From assembly GCA_000182565.2 (NCBI GenBank), contig KQ257452.1: DNA of 64,000 bases; one strand, 5' to 3'. A program made the translations under genes and the position numbers. Positions within the stretch are counted from its first letter, which is position 1. Each line of letters begins with the position of its first letter. This DNA is from Spizellomyces punctatus DAOM BR117. Taxonomy: Eukaryota. Of this stretch, positions 63,237 to 64,000 are shown piece by piece. Below the pieces are notes generated by a model. That model did no database searches. It saw only the letters and a program-made list of their open reading frames with translations, and was not told the origin of the DNA.

Positions 63237-64000
63237 CTAAATAAGATCAATATCCCTGGTGTCCATATCTTCCGGCACATCTGTCGCATCCCGCTGTTTG
63301 GGTGCTTTGGCCGTTGTCAAGAATGGCAGTATATGATGGTTGAAATAATCCGCCAGTGCGTTCGCGAGGGTGCAGATTCCGCTGTGCGGTTGATTATACG
63401 TGAAGCAATTCGAGATAATGTTTCGGAAATCTTTGATGAAGCCGTCCAAATTATACTCGCCCGCTTGCACCTTCGTGCGCATTGTAAGAAGGTCCATCGG
63501 CTCCCGTATAAGTTCATAATACCCTGGCGCCACCAATGGATTCACAGGCGCTACGAAGGGGGCTGAAGACTTGTGATTGATCAGCATTACTAGCGCTTCC
63601 TTCATTGAAAGAGTCGTAGTCTCAGGGACTTCTGAGACAATATCCTACAAGGGTACAACTTTAGTACAGTTCCAGTATGCAAGACGATATGAAAGGTACT
63701 CCCTCATGCAATGTCATCTCACTCGCGTCCATATTGGTATCACGGGAACCCCATATGTAGATATCATGGTTTGCTTAGTGCGCAACCAGTCACTTTGTAA
63801 TGAAGGCCAGATAACCCATTGATGCACCAGTTAGCTCATAGAGCGTATGCAAGGATGTACCTCCTAAGGCTGATTGCACGCAAATGATAACTACGGGCGT
63901 GATACCGGACAGGAGAAGACACTCGCGAAGTTTCCTAGAACTATAACAATCAGAGTACGCAGTAAACAAAAACAATTACGCACCTTTGCCACAGTTTTCC
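63237..64000 (-). CDS. 3' end of a bromodomain protein; 5' part outside the window
   Basis: HKSSAPFVAPVNPLVAPGYYELIREPMDL...DFRNIISNCFTYN; upstream exon frames unresolved. Confidence 0.85.

Overview
Gene-dense, intron-rich eukaryotic DNA, most likely from a zoosporic (chytrid-like) fungus. This is an inference: fungal markers (GGC1, Cyc8/Ssn6, Osh6/7, RTC4, PSP1) occur alongside ciliary or animal-like genes (lebercilin, gamma-SNAP, CutA, TCAIM-like, METTL15/22). Positions 1-~6900 are a CpG-depleted nest of decayed Ty1/copia retrotransposons. One copia element carries an in-frame chromodomain with an intact aromatic cage between integrase and RT, an architecture typical of Ty3/gypsy chromoviruses rather than copia. 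Its middle part has been inverted between two oppositely oriented LTRs of a second copia family, as shown by swapped target-site duplications. From ~6900 to 64000 there are about 25 tightly packed host genes: lebercilin-FN3, RSF1-like PHD, Cyc8, Osh6/7, Sif2/TBL1, CutA, gamma-SNAP, Ggc1, Erg12, MrpL1, glucosylceramide synthase, two ADAM proteases, Uba2, Taf12, Dbp5, RTC4, TSC2, glutaminyl cyclase, SNAP-25-type SNARE, TCAIM-like, METTL22, PSP1, METTL15 and a partial bromodomain gene. There is also a 100-N gap. Other notable items are a long nested fold-back (candidate ncRNA) at ~62850-63130, GW repeats on Dbp5, a U12-like donor in UBA2, micro-exons and a recurrent ACGTGA(C) promoter motif. All gene models were assembled by eye and start codons are approximate.
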